Made by a program: the position numbers and the translations under genes. 26,111 bases of DNA from an uncultured bacterium (GTDB lineage Bacteria; CSSED10-310; CAZUFC01). Below, piece by piece: positions 9,185-18,900 of the stretch (position 1 is its first letter; every line of letters starts with the position of its first letter). Where the stretch lies: positions 1 to 26,111 of the forward strand of contig CAZUFC010000110.1 of the NCBI GenBank assembly GCA_964619725.1, in the 5' to 3' direction. The notes under the pieces are model-generated. The model worked only from the letters and a program-made list of their open reading frames with translations, was not told where the DNA came from and made no database searches.

Positions 9185-10132
9185 ATGAAGTCCAAAATGA
9201 GAGTATTTTGTTTATGCGTCCTTGCCGGCGCAGCAGCGACAGTGATTTTTCTTTCAGGGTACGAACCCGTCGGCGGCCGACTGAACGGCTCCTCACCGGA
9301 CGTTCAGTCTCCCAGGGAAAACTGCCGTCTGTTCGGATTGGTCACCGGAGAGCCGGATCAAGCTCATCATTTCTTCAGGGAAATGGACAGTTTCCGTTTT
9401 CCCTCTTCAAACCAGAATGACGGGTGGTCCTTAGCCTGGTACAGCAATTATTGGGAAGGAGGATTGCTGGGTATCCCGGGACAGCCGCAAGTCGTTCGTT
9501 CGCATATCCCTATACACCATTCTCCTGACGATTTCCGCACAATAGCGAAAATGGCGCTGAACATGTCTCCGGATGCGGTCATCGGGCACCTGAGAAACGC
9601 CTCCTCCGGCTCGGAGATAATCGCTGATCCGCACCCCTTTATGCGCAAGATGAGAGGCAAACATTACCTTTTCGCTCACAACGGGGGCGTCTGGAACGAC
9701 GATCTGAAGAAACTCAAATCTCTTGTGCCGCCCTCCTTTCAGCCGGAAAATTGTCCAAACAATCCCATAGATTCCGAGTTTCTCTTTCTCTACTTCTGCT
9801 GGTTGTTGACATCCTCGGGCGAAAACGAGTTCGACAGTCTGAAGATGTGGGCCGTTTCTCTGCTGCATAATCTTACGGACGAATGGAATGCTCTGAATAT
9901 ACTGCTTTCCGACGGAAAATCCCTGTGGGCTGTTCGTTGCGTTAAAAGCGGTTTCGGATTTACGCTTCACTGGCGCTCTGATGCCTTTTACAGGGGTTTC
10001 GTCCTGTCCACGGAAGCTTTGAATGCCAATTACGAACCCATTTCAAACTGCAACATCGTTCAATTTACACCCGGGCGCGCTCCACGGTTCGCGGCTCTTC
10101 ACCCTGTCGATTCTTCGCATTCCGAAAAATAA
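9185..10132 (+). CDS. Class II glutamine amidotransferase-like Ntn hydrolase (YafJ/EgtC/DUG3 type) with N-terminal signal peptide and propeptide
   Basis: CRLFG at residue 47, DGWSLAWY, IGHLRNASSG, PHPF, FAHNGGV, DSEFLF, LNILLSDG. Confidence 0.85.
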   Translation: MKSKMRVFCLCVLAGAAATVIFLSGYEPVGGRLNGSSPDVQSPRENCRLFGLVTGEPDQAHHFFREMDSFRFPSSNQNDGWSLAWYSNYWEGGLLGIPGQPQVVRSHIPIHHSPDDFRTIAKMALNMSPDAVIGHLRNASSGSEIIADPHPFMRKMRGKHYLFAHNGGVWNDDLKKLKSLVPPSFQPENCPNNPIDSEFLFLYFCWLLTSSGENEFDSLKMWAVSLLHNLTDEWNALNILLSDGKSLWAVRCVKSGFGFTLHWRSDAFYRGFVLSTEALNANYEPISNCNIVQFTPGRAPRFAALHPVDSSHSEK

Positions 10133-10209
10133 AATAATCCTTGAAATATTTCCGATAATAATTTAAAACAATAACAGTCGGCGTTTGAAGACGCATCGCA
10201 AAAAGGATC

Positions 10210-13200
10210 ATGAAGGTCATATTCCGTTTTTTTCTATTCATTTTTTTTATCAGCAGTTCATTATATCTATGCAGCAACGTTTATGCAGATTGGGTCTGCG
10301 AATGCATCGAATGTCCGCACTGGTTTTCGGGATGGATACCTGACCGCTGTCTGTGGATTTCCGGGCAGAATGTCTGGATACTTTGCACGGGCGGCGATCA
10401 ACTGAAACTGTATTATAAAAATCAAGGCGACTGGGAACTTGAGGTTCCTTACGACAATGCCGTATCAAACGTTTCAATGAGCGTCGAGAGTCCGGACCGT
10501 CTGCATGTCGGTTTTTGCGATGAAACGGCGAAGGTATTGAAATATGCTTTAAAAAGTGAGGATCAATGGATTATCGAGACGGTTGATGAAACTTCTGCGG
10601 ATGTTTTTCACGTCAGCATCGCGCACAATGATGAGGGGTATGCGGTCATAGCCTATTATGCCGATGGAGGAGATGCGGGATTGCATGCGGCATTAAAGTC
10701 CGAGTTCGGTTGGACCATACAGGAAATAGAGCCGGCGCCCTCAGTCGGTAAATTTCCGGCGATAGCGCAGGATCAAACCGGAAAAACTCATATACTTTAT
10801 TTTGACGATGCCAATAATAAATTCAAGCATTGCAAATTCGTCGCATTGAGCTGGGAAATTGAAGAAATCTGCGATATCGCTGACAATGCAGCGGCTTACA
10901 GTTCACTGATTTTTTCTTCTGAAGACGTTCTCAACGGCGTATTATACGAAGATTGCAGCGCTGTTCCGTTCGGGACGGGCAAAGCAATGAGCAACATCAG
11001 CTATTTCGTTAAAAACGGGACTGTTTGGGAATTTGAACTGGTGGACAGCTTCTCCGAGTCTGCGGATTCAGAATTCGTTCCGACCGTGGGGCTGGCGTTG
11101 GACTCTTCAGAAGAACCGGCCCTCGTCTACGGGAACCGGGAAACCTGCATAAAATACGCTGAAAGGACTCTAGGGGCTTGGACTATTGATGAAATTGATG
11201 CGGACGCATATTCTTATGCGTATGGATGTCTGGACTTTACGCCTGATGATGCGCCTGCCGTAGCTTTTCTGAGCAATACGGACGCTTATTTGAAAACGGG
11301 GGTAAAGACAAGCGGCGAGTGGAGCCTGGAAGCCATTGAAAAACATGAAGAATGGACGGGAAAAGCAAAGATAAATCTGGACGATGACGGTAAAGCGCAC
11401 ATTGCCTATCGTCAGGAAAACGCGGCATTACGTTTCGGTTTGCTGGAAGAGTCCGGCTGGGTCATTGAAACTGTAGACGGTTTTACTCCGACAGGAACGT
11501 CCATATGCCTTTTCAGCGGTTCAGGAGAGTATCCGGAAATAATTTATTCGATCGAAACGGACTCCGGGGAAGACAAAACGAGCGAGCTGAAATATGGCGT
11601 ACGGTTGCCCGGCGCCTGGAACATAGACATTATCGGAGGAATATTTACGAATGATCTGACGGCTGAAAGGTTCGAGGGGAAAGAATACGCGGGATATGTT
11701 TCAGGGAATACGCTGTTCAGGCTTTTCAAAGATGCCGGCTCCTGGTCGGTTAAACTGGTTGCTTCGAACGCTGCAGAAGATACGAAAAAAGTATCTATTG
11801 CCGTGGAATCGGCTGAAAAGTATTACCTGGGTTTCAAGCAGGATGAACCGCCGGCGATGGCTGTTGCGCGATGTGATTCGGGAGACTGGACGGTGGAAGT
11901 AATTGACCAGGGGAAAGGCGAAATCGGCGATTACAGCAGCATGGCGGTTTCGGACGCCGGTGATATATACCTGGCTTACGGCGATGACGCATCCGGGTTA
12001 AAGCTTGCCGTGAATGATGCAGGAAACTGGACGATACATGTAGTCGATGCGGCGCCGGCGGAATATTATCCTTCAGTGGACATTGACCAGAATGACAAAC
12101 CGGCCCTGATTTACTCCGCTTCGGACAGAACCGGTCTTTATTATATGAAATATGAGGGTCTCGAATGGGCTGAACCTTTGATCCTGGATGCAGAGCATGA
12201 TGTTTCCGAAAATTTTGATATGGTTATGGACGATGACGATTTTCCGAAAATTTTATACGGAAACGAAAGCCAGCGCAGCCTGAAAGTTATTCGTTGGGCC
12301 ACCAGAACGCCGACGGCGACATGTTCTCCGACGTACTCTCCAACTTTTACCCTCTCGCCGACTCTCTCCCCCTCTTTTTCACCTACCGTCACGCCGACTC
12401 TTATGACGCCGACGCCGACTCCCTCCTTTTCACCGACACGAACGCCCACTAGTACGCCTGTTCCGCCTACTTCAACGCCGACGTCAACTCCGTACGTCGA
12501 CAGGGAGGCGCCTTTTATTCTAGCTGCAGGCTGGATGGATACAAGCGTCACGGAAGAGGAAGGGGGAGACTTGTCGCTTTTGGCTTTAACCGAGGGCGAA
12601 GATGTAGAATTCGTGAAAGTGTATTATATGGAAAATGACGACCCGATTGACCTGGATTTCACTCTGACGGAGGTCCCCGGGATCGAACCGCCATTCGGTC
12701 TTTATACCCTCGACATCCCGAACCCCGGACCCTGCTTCCTTCCGGGACGGTATTTACTGGGGCTTAAAGCCTTCGATTCCAACGGCAATGAGAGCGACCT
12801 CTGGCCCTATTTTACCATTGAAGACAGAACTCAAACGGGTTCACAGCCATCCTTCCGCGCTGAAGAAAAAATCATGAACACTATCTCCTGTCTGCAAAAA
12901 TTCAGGCACGCGCGGGAAGAAACGGACATTTTCGTTATGGCGGCGGGTTATTATACGACGAGATGGTTTGACGATGCCGAAGAGTCGCTGACGATAATAG
13001 CCTGGGTTAATTCCGTTAATGAGACAGAATCCGTTGAATTGTACAGCGGGGGAAAACCTCTGGGTCTGTTTTTGAGAGATGACGAAAGGGAGGGTGATTG
13101 GAGCGCCGAGGACGGGATATATACATTCTGTATTGACAGCATAGATACAGGGGGCATGGAATCCGGTCAATTTTTATTTGAAATAGCGGCTCAAGACGTG

Positions 13201-13899
13201 GGGGGAGAAAAAAGTCATCTGTGGCCGTATTTGCATGTAGAAACGGAAAACACGCCTACTCCCTCGCCGACGAGACCACATCAGGAAACGCCTGTGCCTT
13301 CTGTTTCGCCGACGCCATCGCCGACGCAGAGTTTTCATCTTCTGCTGGAATGTTCTCCTTCTTTCGGCGGAGCGCCGTTACAGGTGCACTGCGAGGCATC
13401 GGTAACGGGCGGTGAGGCCGGGCGATTCATTTGGGATTTTGGTGATGGACCGCCCGTGGATTCCGGGACTGTAAGCAGCATGGACCACGTTTATGATTGC
13501 ATTTGCGATCATACTTATGAGATAAAGGTTTATGCGGAGCGTCAGGACGGTCCGGGCTACGCGGAAGATTCATGCACTGTCGAAACATTCGGGAACCCGC
13601 CTCATGTGGAATCTCAGGCAGTGTTCTGTTACGTGGCTGAAAACTGCACGAATGAGACGGGAGACAGATTAGTTTGTCTCAGGGTCGATTTAACGGGTAT
13701 GCATGCAGGGGATATAATCGGGTTTCTTCGATGGGAACCGGGCATGGGAGAGTTTTTCCAGGAAGTGGAACTGCCCTATGGAGGGGAGCCTGATTACCAG
13801 TTCGGCTGGACTTACCGCTGTCAACCCACTTACAGGGGATTGCTTAAGTTTGAGATCAACGGAATATGTGAGGTGTTGGCCGAATTTGATTGTAATTAG
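10210..13899 (+). CDS. Large secreted modular protein: beta-propeller-type repeats, PT linker, two tandem ~105-aa modules, PT linker, PKD domain, Cys-rich C-terminal region
   Basis: Signal peptide ending VYA. Repeated W.[IV]E.[VI]D...S.A.D....HI.Y blades (~10285-12297). PT linkers ~12301-12490 and ~13250-13330. PKD signature GGAPLQV...WDFGDG...HVY. Confidence 0.8.
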   Translation: MKVIFRFFLFIFFISSSLYLCSNVYADWVCECIECPHWFSGWIPDRCLWISGQNVWILCTGGDQLKLYYKNQGDWELEVPYDNAVSNVSMSVESPDRLHVGFCDETAKVLKYALKSEDQWIIETVDETSADVFHVSIAHNDEGYAVIAYYADGGDAGLHAALKSEFGWTIQEIEPAPSVGKFPAIAQDQTGKTHILYFDDANNKFKHCKFVALSWEIEEICDIADNAAAYSSLIFSSEDVLNGVLYEDCSAVPFGTGKAMSNISYFVKNGTVWEFELVDSFSESADSEFVPTVGLALDSSEEPALVYGNRETCIKYAERTLGAWTIDEIDADAYSYAYGCLDFTPDDAPAVAFLSNTDAYLKTGVKTSGEWSLEAIEKHEEWTGKAKINLDDDGKAHIAYRQENAALRFGLLEESGWVIETVDGFTPTGTSICLFSGSGEYPEIIYSIETDSGEDKTSELKYGVRLPGAWNIDIIGGIFTNDLTAERFEGKEYAGYVSGNTLFRLFKDAGSWSVKLVASNAAEDTKKVSIAVESAEKYYLGFKQDEPPAMAVARCDSGDWTVEVIDQGKGEIGDYSSMAVSDAGDIYLAYGDDASGLKLAVNDAGNWTIHVVDAAPAEYYPSVDIDQNDKPALIYSASDRTGLYYMKYEGLEWAEPLILDAEHDVSENFDMVMDDDDFPKILYGNESQRSLKVIRWATRTPTATCSPTYSPTFTLSPTLSPSFSPTVTPTLMTPTPTPSFSPTRTPTSTPVPPTSTPTSTPYVDREAPFILAAGWMDTSVTEEEGGDLSLLALTEGEDVEFVKVYYMENDDPIDLDFTLTEVPGIEPPFGLYTLDIPNPGPCFLPGRYLLGLKAFDSNGNESDLWPYFTIEDRTQTGSQPSFRAEEKIMNTISCLQKFRHAREETDIFVMAAGYYTTRWFDDAEESLTIIAWVNSVNETESVELYSGGKPLGLFLRDDEREGDWSAEDGIYTFCIDSIDTGGMESGQFLFEIAAQDVGGEKSHLWPYLHVETENTPTPSPTRPHQETPVPSVSPTPSPTQSFHLLLECSPSFGGAPLQVHCEASVTGGEAGRFIWDFGDGPPVDSGTVSSMDHVYDCICDHTYEIKVYAERQDGPGYAEDSCTVETFGNPPHVESQAVFCYVAENCTNETGDRLVCLRVDLTGMHAGDIIGFLRWEPGMGEFFQEVELPYGGEPDYQFGWTYRCQPTYRGLLKFEINGICEVLAEFDCN

Positions 13900-13989
13900 C
13901 GCCTATCCGGAAACTCGAATCTCAATTCAAAATTTAATGCTGGACAATCGCTGCGGTTTTTGATCCAGGTATCTTCGCTTTTTCAAATC

Positions 13990-15216
13990 TCATTGTTCTT
14001 CTTTGGAGCTCTGAACCGGGTCTTCTGCAGATAAACCCGGACCCTCGGCCGTTTCTTCAGCGGCGCGCCTGATATTATCAATCCGTTTTCCGGTTGCGGG
14101 ATGAGAATAAAACAGGAATTCAACGATCGGATCAGGTTCGGGATCGTCCAGGTTAATTTCCTCCATTTTGCTCATCCCCGATATAAATGCGGCTCCGTTT
14201 CCTGCAGCCAGCACAGCGTATCGGTCAGCCTGCCTTTCAAAGGATCGTGAAAGCATATTTTGCAGCGGCATGACCAGAAGTCCGAAGCATGACAGAAACA
14301 GCAGAAGCAAGGGTAGAGCCGCCGGGTCGGCAGGTCCCCTGAAGTCCATGTAATTTAGAGCGACATGATAGAGCTGAGCCGTTATGAACATTCCCAGGAA
14401 TATATTGACGAAAGCGACGGCCATACCTTTTAAAAGATGCTTGTGAACATAATGGCCCACTTCATGAGCGAAAACCGATGCGATTTCTTCCTCTGTAAAA
14501 TCGTTCAGCATATTGTCAGCTATTATGATCCGCCTCGTGTTCCCGAACCCCGTCAAACCAGCATTGACCTTTTTCGTCGATTTGCTCATATCGAAGCTGT
14601 ATGCCGTCGACACGCTCAATCCTGCATCTTCCGCTATTTCACTCAACCTTCGGGTCAAAGACTGATCCTCAAGCGGCTTCAATTTGTAAAAAATCGGCAG
14701 TATCAAAACAGGAAAAACCTTACCGACAATTATCGCAAAAACAAAAATGAAAGCCGCAACAGGCAACCACCACCATTCGCCCGTGTGACGAAGCAGGGCG
14801 AAAGCGGTCAAACCCACCGGCAAAAACAGCAGGATACTCAATCCGAGCGACTTCAGGGAATCTTTTGTCCAGCCCCACAAATTCTCATTCGATAACCCGT
14901 ACCGTCTTTCGACCAGGTACCCGGAATAAAAAGACAGCGGAAGAGACAGAATCGTCGCCGTTCCTCCTATAATAAATGAAAACAGTAAAAATGATAGATA
15001 GGCATTTGAAAAGACGGATTCTGAAAAATTCCTCACCGTCATGGTGAATCCTGTGAAAATTATCACCAGTAAAAATATCAGGCTTAACGCTATATCAGCT
15101 AATTGAAGACGAAACTTCAACCGGCTGTATTCCTTGGACTTCTTATCCGTCCCTTTCGATTCCTCTGTCTGTTTCTCTGTATCGATTCGTTCGATTTCTT
15201 CCATTTCCGTTTCCAT
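13990..15216 (-). CDS. M48 family Zn-metalloprotease (Ste24/CAAX prenyl protease-like)
   Basis: Multiple TM helices, NAGLTGFGNTRRIII, HEXXH motif AHEVGH, ERQAD, YSHP...RI. Confidence 0.93.
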   Translation of the reverse strand: METEMEEIERIDTEKQTEESKGTDKKSKEYSRLKFRLQLADIALSLIFLLVIIFTGFTMTVRNFSESVFSNAYLSFLLFSFIIGGTATILSLPLSFYSGYLVERRYGLSNENLWGWTKDSLKSLGLSILLFLPVGLTAFALLRHTGEWWWLPVAAFIFVFAIIVGKVFPVLILPIFYKLKPLEDQSLTRRLSEIAEDAGLSVSTAYSFDMSKSTKKVNAGLTGFGNTRRIIIADNMLNDFTEEEIASVFAHEVGHYVHKHLLKGMAVAFVNIFLGMFITAQLYHVALNYMDFRGPADPAALPLLLLFLSCFGLLVMPLQNMLSRSFERQADRYAVLAAGNGAAFISGMSKMEEINLDDPEPDPIVEFLFYSHPATGKRIDNIRRAAEETAEGPGLSAEDPVQSSKEEQ

Positions 15217-15434
15217 GGTCTACCCTCTGTCATGCATAAAAAACAATGAAAAATAAATCGACGGCTGTGAATTCGCGCTGTCGGCGGCGAATTTCAGCAC
15301 GCGCCTGCGGAATTGTAACCGCATAGAAGAAAAAGAGCAAATTGAAGCCGGTATTTTCCCTGACTCTGCATCCAGCCTCCTTTCATTAATCTTTCTGCAA
15401 ATAAAGAGAGGGTTGAACCCCCGATGAATGACCG

Positions 15435-15476
15435 TCCGGCATCCGGCATCAAGCGATCAGCACCCGGCATCCAGCG
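15435..15476. repeat. Degenerate 7-bp tandem repeat (TCCRGCA-like, six units)
   Basis: tccggca tccggca tcaagcg atcagca cccggca tccagcg, in a divergent intergenic region. Confidence 0.55.
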
Positions 15477-15556
15477 CATGACCTCCGAAACCCTTTCCCG
15501 AAAAACCTTGAAATTAATGAGATAACGGCATAGGATGCAATTCAGGAGAATGTTGT

Positions 15557-15940
15557 ATGGAAAAAATCCTGTCATTCATTTTAAATGAAAGAAACATCAA
15601 CCTGCTGTTCATCTGGATTGCGATCCTGTTCCCCGTCATTTCCATCGTCACAGGCGCAGTTCTGGGCGCGGTCAAAAAAGATTACCGGTTCTATCTAACC
15701 TGGGGCGTCGCCATAGGAGCCTTCGGACCGCTGAACATACTTCTGTGGACATTATACAATGTCGTAACCGAGCATTACGGGCTGGATACGGTAAAGAACC
15801 TGGTCGTCAACGTCATCATTTTCATCGTAATCGGCATAATTCTGGGTTTTCTGATATCGTTTTTACCCAGGAAAGACAAAAAAACCCCCGGCGTATCGGA
15901 AAAACAGCCTACGGAAACGGAAGATGCCGAAGAGCCTTGA
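15557..15940 (+). CDS. Hypothetical membrane protein (about three TM helices)
   Basis: 127-aa ORF with AGGAG RBS, three hydrophobic segments and a charged tail. Confidence 0.75.
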   Translation: MEKILSFILNERNINLLFIWIAILFPVISIVTGAVLGAVKKDYRFYLTWGVAIGAFGPLNILLWTLYNVVTEHYGLDTVKNLVVNVIIFIVIGIILGFLISFLPRKDKKTPGVSEKQPTETEDAEEP

Positions 15941-16080
15941 GTTTTTAAAGCAGGCACGGCATTTCAGCAATTTATCTTGTCCATGATAAACTGTCGAGTT
16001 GCGGCAAACAGAGGGGTATGCTTTGCAGGATTTTTTCATAACATGGAATTCTGTTTTTTTTAAGAGTGAATCCGATTGTT

Positions 16081-16109
16081 TTGCGGGGAAGGCCGGATTT
16101 CATTATACT
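16081..16109 (+). promoter_or_regulatory. Putative sigma70 promoter upstream of the BioY-like gene
   Basis: TTGCGG, 17-nt spacer, TATACT; ends 38 nt before the ATG at 16148. Confidence 0.5.
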
Positions 16110-16147
16110 GTTTGAATGAGGCTTGATGTTTGAAATGAAAGGAAGAT

Positions 16148-16855
16148 ATGGAGCCAGATAACAATACAGAGGGTTCGGAGAGAGCCAAAGTCTCCGGCGC
16201 ACGCCGATTGATTTTATTCGGAGCGATGTTCGGCGCATTTGCATTTACGGCGTTATCGGGTTTCATGACGATCCGTACGGCAAACATTCATTTGACTTTT
16301 CAACTGATGGGAGGGGTTCTTGCGGGGTTCCTACTCGGGCCTCTGTGGGGAGCCGTCAGTCAAGTTTTTACGATACCGTTTTTTTTTCTTCATGCGGGCG
16401 AGAACGCGGTTCAATTGTCCGGGTATGCTGCCGGACCTGTAATCGCAGCGACAATCGCAGGAATAATGGAAACCCGACCATCGTATTCTCGAAGGAGTCG
16501 TTATTTATGGACGGGCATAATTTTCATTCCCATAGCGATTGCGGCTTATCTGAATCCCGGCGTGAGATTTTTCCTGGCTTTGCCTGCAGCTTCTCTGTCG
16601 GTTATAGTCCTGGCGATGTTTCGTTCCGGTCCTTCAGCAGAGATGTTCTGGAAACTTATTCCTGCCGTCGCTTTATCACTGGCGGCGGGACTTTTCGTGA
16701 TGAAGGTCGTTCCGCCGGATGAGGATGTCTTCTGGTGGTTATGGTACGGTTATTTATGCCGTTTGCCTGTTGACCTGCTGCAATTGCTGGTCATGTCCAG
16801 GGTTCGTCATAACCTGCCTTTTCAAAGATGGCGAGACTATTTGTTAAAGCAATAA
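16148..16855 (+). CDS. Divergent BioY-like / ECF transporter S-component membrane protein
   Basis: HLTFQLMGGVLAGFLLGPLWGAVSQ resembles BioY P.TLQ...V.LAG.LLG...G..SQ; SGYAAGPVIAA resembles GGYL.GF..AA; C-terminal LPVDLLQ resembles PGD..K. Confidence 0.55.
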   Translation: MEPDNNTEGSERAKVSGARRLILFGAMFGAFAFTALSGFMTIRTANIHLTFQLMGGVLAGFLLGPLWGAVSQVFTIPFFFLHAGENAVQLSGYAAGPVIAATIAGIMETRPSYSRRSRYLWTGIIFIPIAIAAYLNPGVRFFLALPAASLSVIVLAMFRSGPSAEMFWKLIPAVALSLAAGLFVMKVVPPDEDVFWWLWYGYLCRLPVDLLQLLVMSRVRHNLPFQRWRDYLLKQ

Positions 16856-16918
16856 CTTTTTCAATTTTTTGAAATTAAGTCGATAATTAAATTTTTTTTA
16901 TTTTTCGGGGGTAATTAG

Positions 16919-18880
16919 ATGAACAGAAGAGATAAGCGAAAAACCTTGCTTTTTCTATTAAGTATTTTTACGACATTAATCAGTTTCACTGTCCAGGCCG
17001 GATGGTATGATTCCTCCTGGGCATACAGACAGGAAGTAACCATCTCATCTTCGATCACGGATGCATCGCTCAGCGATTTTCCGTTGTTGATAGCCCTGGA
17101 AGACGGCTCCAATCCGGTTTTTACCAATGCTCAGCCGGACGGTGATGACCTTTTGTTTACGGAAGTGGATGGAGTCACGCTTTTAGATCATGAGATCGAG
17201 ACTTATAATGCGGCTTCGGGATCGGAAGATATGGAGATATGGTTACGAATTCCGAGTTTGTCTGCGAGTGCGGATACCACGGTTTATTTGTATTACGGCA
17301 ATCCCTCAAGCGGGAACCAGGAAAACGCTGCCGGGGTATGGGATTCTGATTACATCACGGTGTTGCATTTGAACGAGACTTCAGGAACGCATTACGATTC
17401 CACATCCAACAACCGTAACGGGATTCCCCGAAACGGGGTGAATCAGAACGCACCAGGAAAAATAGACGGCGCAGATGATTTTGACGGCAGCAACGATTAT
17501 GTAGACCTGGGGCAATATAATTACGGACCTGTTTCAGGCTTCACCTGGTTTTCGTGGGCCAGGCCGGATAACGGTTCAGAAGCCGATCAGAACATCATCG
17601 GCCATGCCGATACAACGAGCTGTGAAGATATGAGGTTAAACATCAATCATGATGCGGCGGGTTTTGCTTTTCTGATTGATCCGCTGGACGGAAGACCTGA
17701 CAACGACAAAGCATACTGGAATCCTCCGGGAGGAGTAGTTTCCGGGCAATGGTACAATGTAACGGGAGTGATGGACTATGACGCCGGCAAGATCAGATTG
17801 TATGTGGACGGGATAATGAGGGATGATTCAACGTGGACGGGGACCCCGGTGAACGAAGCGATGTATGGGTCTATCGGCGAAAATGCAGCTTACAGACCGA
17901 ATGAACTGAGAGGACTTTTCAACGGCCGTATTGATGAAGTCAGGATATCGAAGATACCCCGAAGTTCCGGCTGGATAAAGGCATCATACAACACGAGCGC
18001 GTATCCGGCGTCCTACCTGGATTTCGGTCAGCAGGAGCAGCCGACGCCCACGCCGACATTTTCGCCGACGGAAATTCCCACAAGAACGCCGACGTTCACG
18101 TCATCACCGACGTTAAGTCCGACTTTAACGGCGACTGTAACATTATCGCCCACCGACATTCCGACATGCAGTCCCACGAAATCGCCGACCGATACGCACA
18201 CGCAGACGCCGACGCACTCGCCCACAGTTACTCTTTCACCGACCTATAGCCCTACAATCTCGCCCACTGATTCGCCTACGATGACTCCGACTACATCGCC
18301 GACCGACACGCCTACGCCCACGCCGACATTTTCGCCCACCCTTACCCTTTCGCCGACGGCAAGCGCTACAATCTCACCCACAGATTCGCCCACGATGACT
18401 CCGACTACATCGCCGACCGACTCGCCCACGCAGACTCCCACATACAGTCCGACATCTTCACCCACAGATGCCCCCACGGAAACTCCAACCTTATCGCCGA
18501 CAATGAGTCCGACGTCATCTCCCACTGAAACTCCCACGGAGACTCCAACGTTTTCGCCGACTGTAACCCTTTCGCCGACGTTAAGTCCCACGGAAAGCCC
18601 GACACTGCCTCCGACGCTTTCGCCCACCGACACGCCTACCCTGACGCCGACCGCAACACTTTCTCCAACACTGTTCCCTACCTTCACGCCGACCGATACT
18701 TCCACAGCTTCTCCAACATCTTCTCCTTCGCCCACTCTAACGCCTGCTTCTCCTACTCCGACAGTTACCTCAACGCCGACGGCGCCGCCCATACCGACCA
18801 TGAAAAATGCGGGAATCCTGTTCTTAATTCTGGTTTTTGCGGGATTCATCCTGATGATGAAAAAAAAAGATGAACGGTAA
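16919..18880 (+). CDS. Secreted DUF2341 + LamG/concanavalin A-like protein with ~250-aa Pro/Thr/Ser stalk and IPTL-CTERM-like sorting tail
   Basis: Signal peptide ending [13 protein letters not shown]...GDDLLFT...HEIE...WLRIPSL...YLYYGN (DUF2341). WYNVTGV...LYVDG...[11 protein letters not shown] (LamG). C-terminal IPTM + TM helix + KKK. Confidence 0.88.
   Translation: MNRRDKRKTLLFLLSIFTTLISFTVQAGWYDSSWAYRQEVTISSSITDASLSDFPLLIALEDGSNPVFTNAQPDGDDLLFTEVDGVTLLDHEIETYNAASGSEDMEIWLRIPSLSASADTTVYLYYGNPSSGNQENAAGVWDSDYITVLHLNETSGTHYDSTSNNRNGIPRNGVNQNAPGKIDGADDFDGSNDYVDLGQYNYGPVSGFTWFSWARPDNGSEADQNIIGHADTTSCEDMRLNINHDAAGFAFLIDPLDGRPDNDKAYWNPPGGVVSGQWYNVTGVMDYDAGKIRLYVDGIMRDDSTWTGTPVNEAMYGSIGENAAYRPNELRGLFNGRIDEVRISKIPRSSGWIKASYNTSAYPASYLDFGQQEQPTPTPTFSPTEIPTRTPTFTSSPTLSPTLTATVTLSPTDIPTCSPTKSPTDTHTQTPTHSPTVTLSPTYSPTISPTDSPTMTPTTSPTDTPTPTPTFSPTLTLSPTASATISPTDSPTMTPTTSPTDSPTQTPTYSPTSSPTDAPTETPTLSPTMSPTSSPTETPTETPTFSPTVTLSPTLSPTESPTLPPTLSPTDTPTLTPTATLSPTLFPTFTPTDTSTASPTSSPSPTLTPASPTPTVTSTPTAPPIPTMKNAGILFLILVFAGFILMMKKKDER
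18041..18790 (+). repeat. Low-complexity coding repeat: mostly 4-residue-period [ST]PTx linker with internal duplications
   Basis: For example [18 protein letters not shown] is encoded twice (~18254-18307 and ~18368-18421) with near-identical DNA. Confidence 0.9.
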
Positions 18881-18900
18881 TCCGCTGCAGGGGGGTCCAT

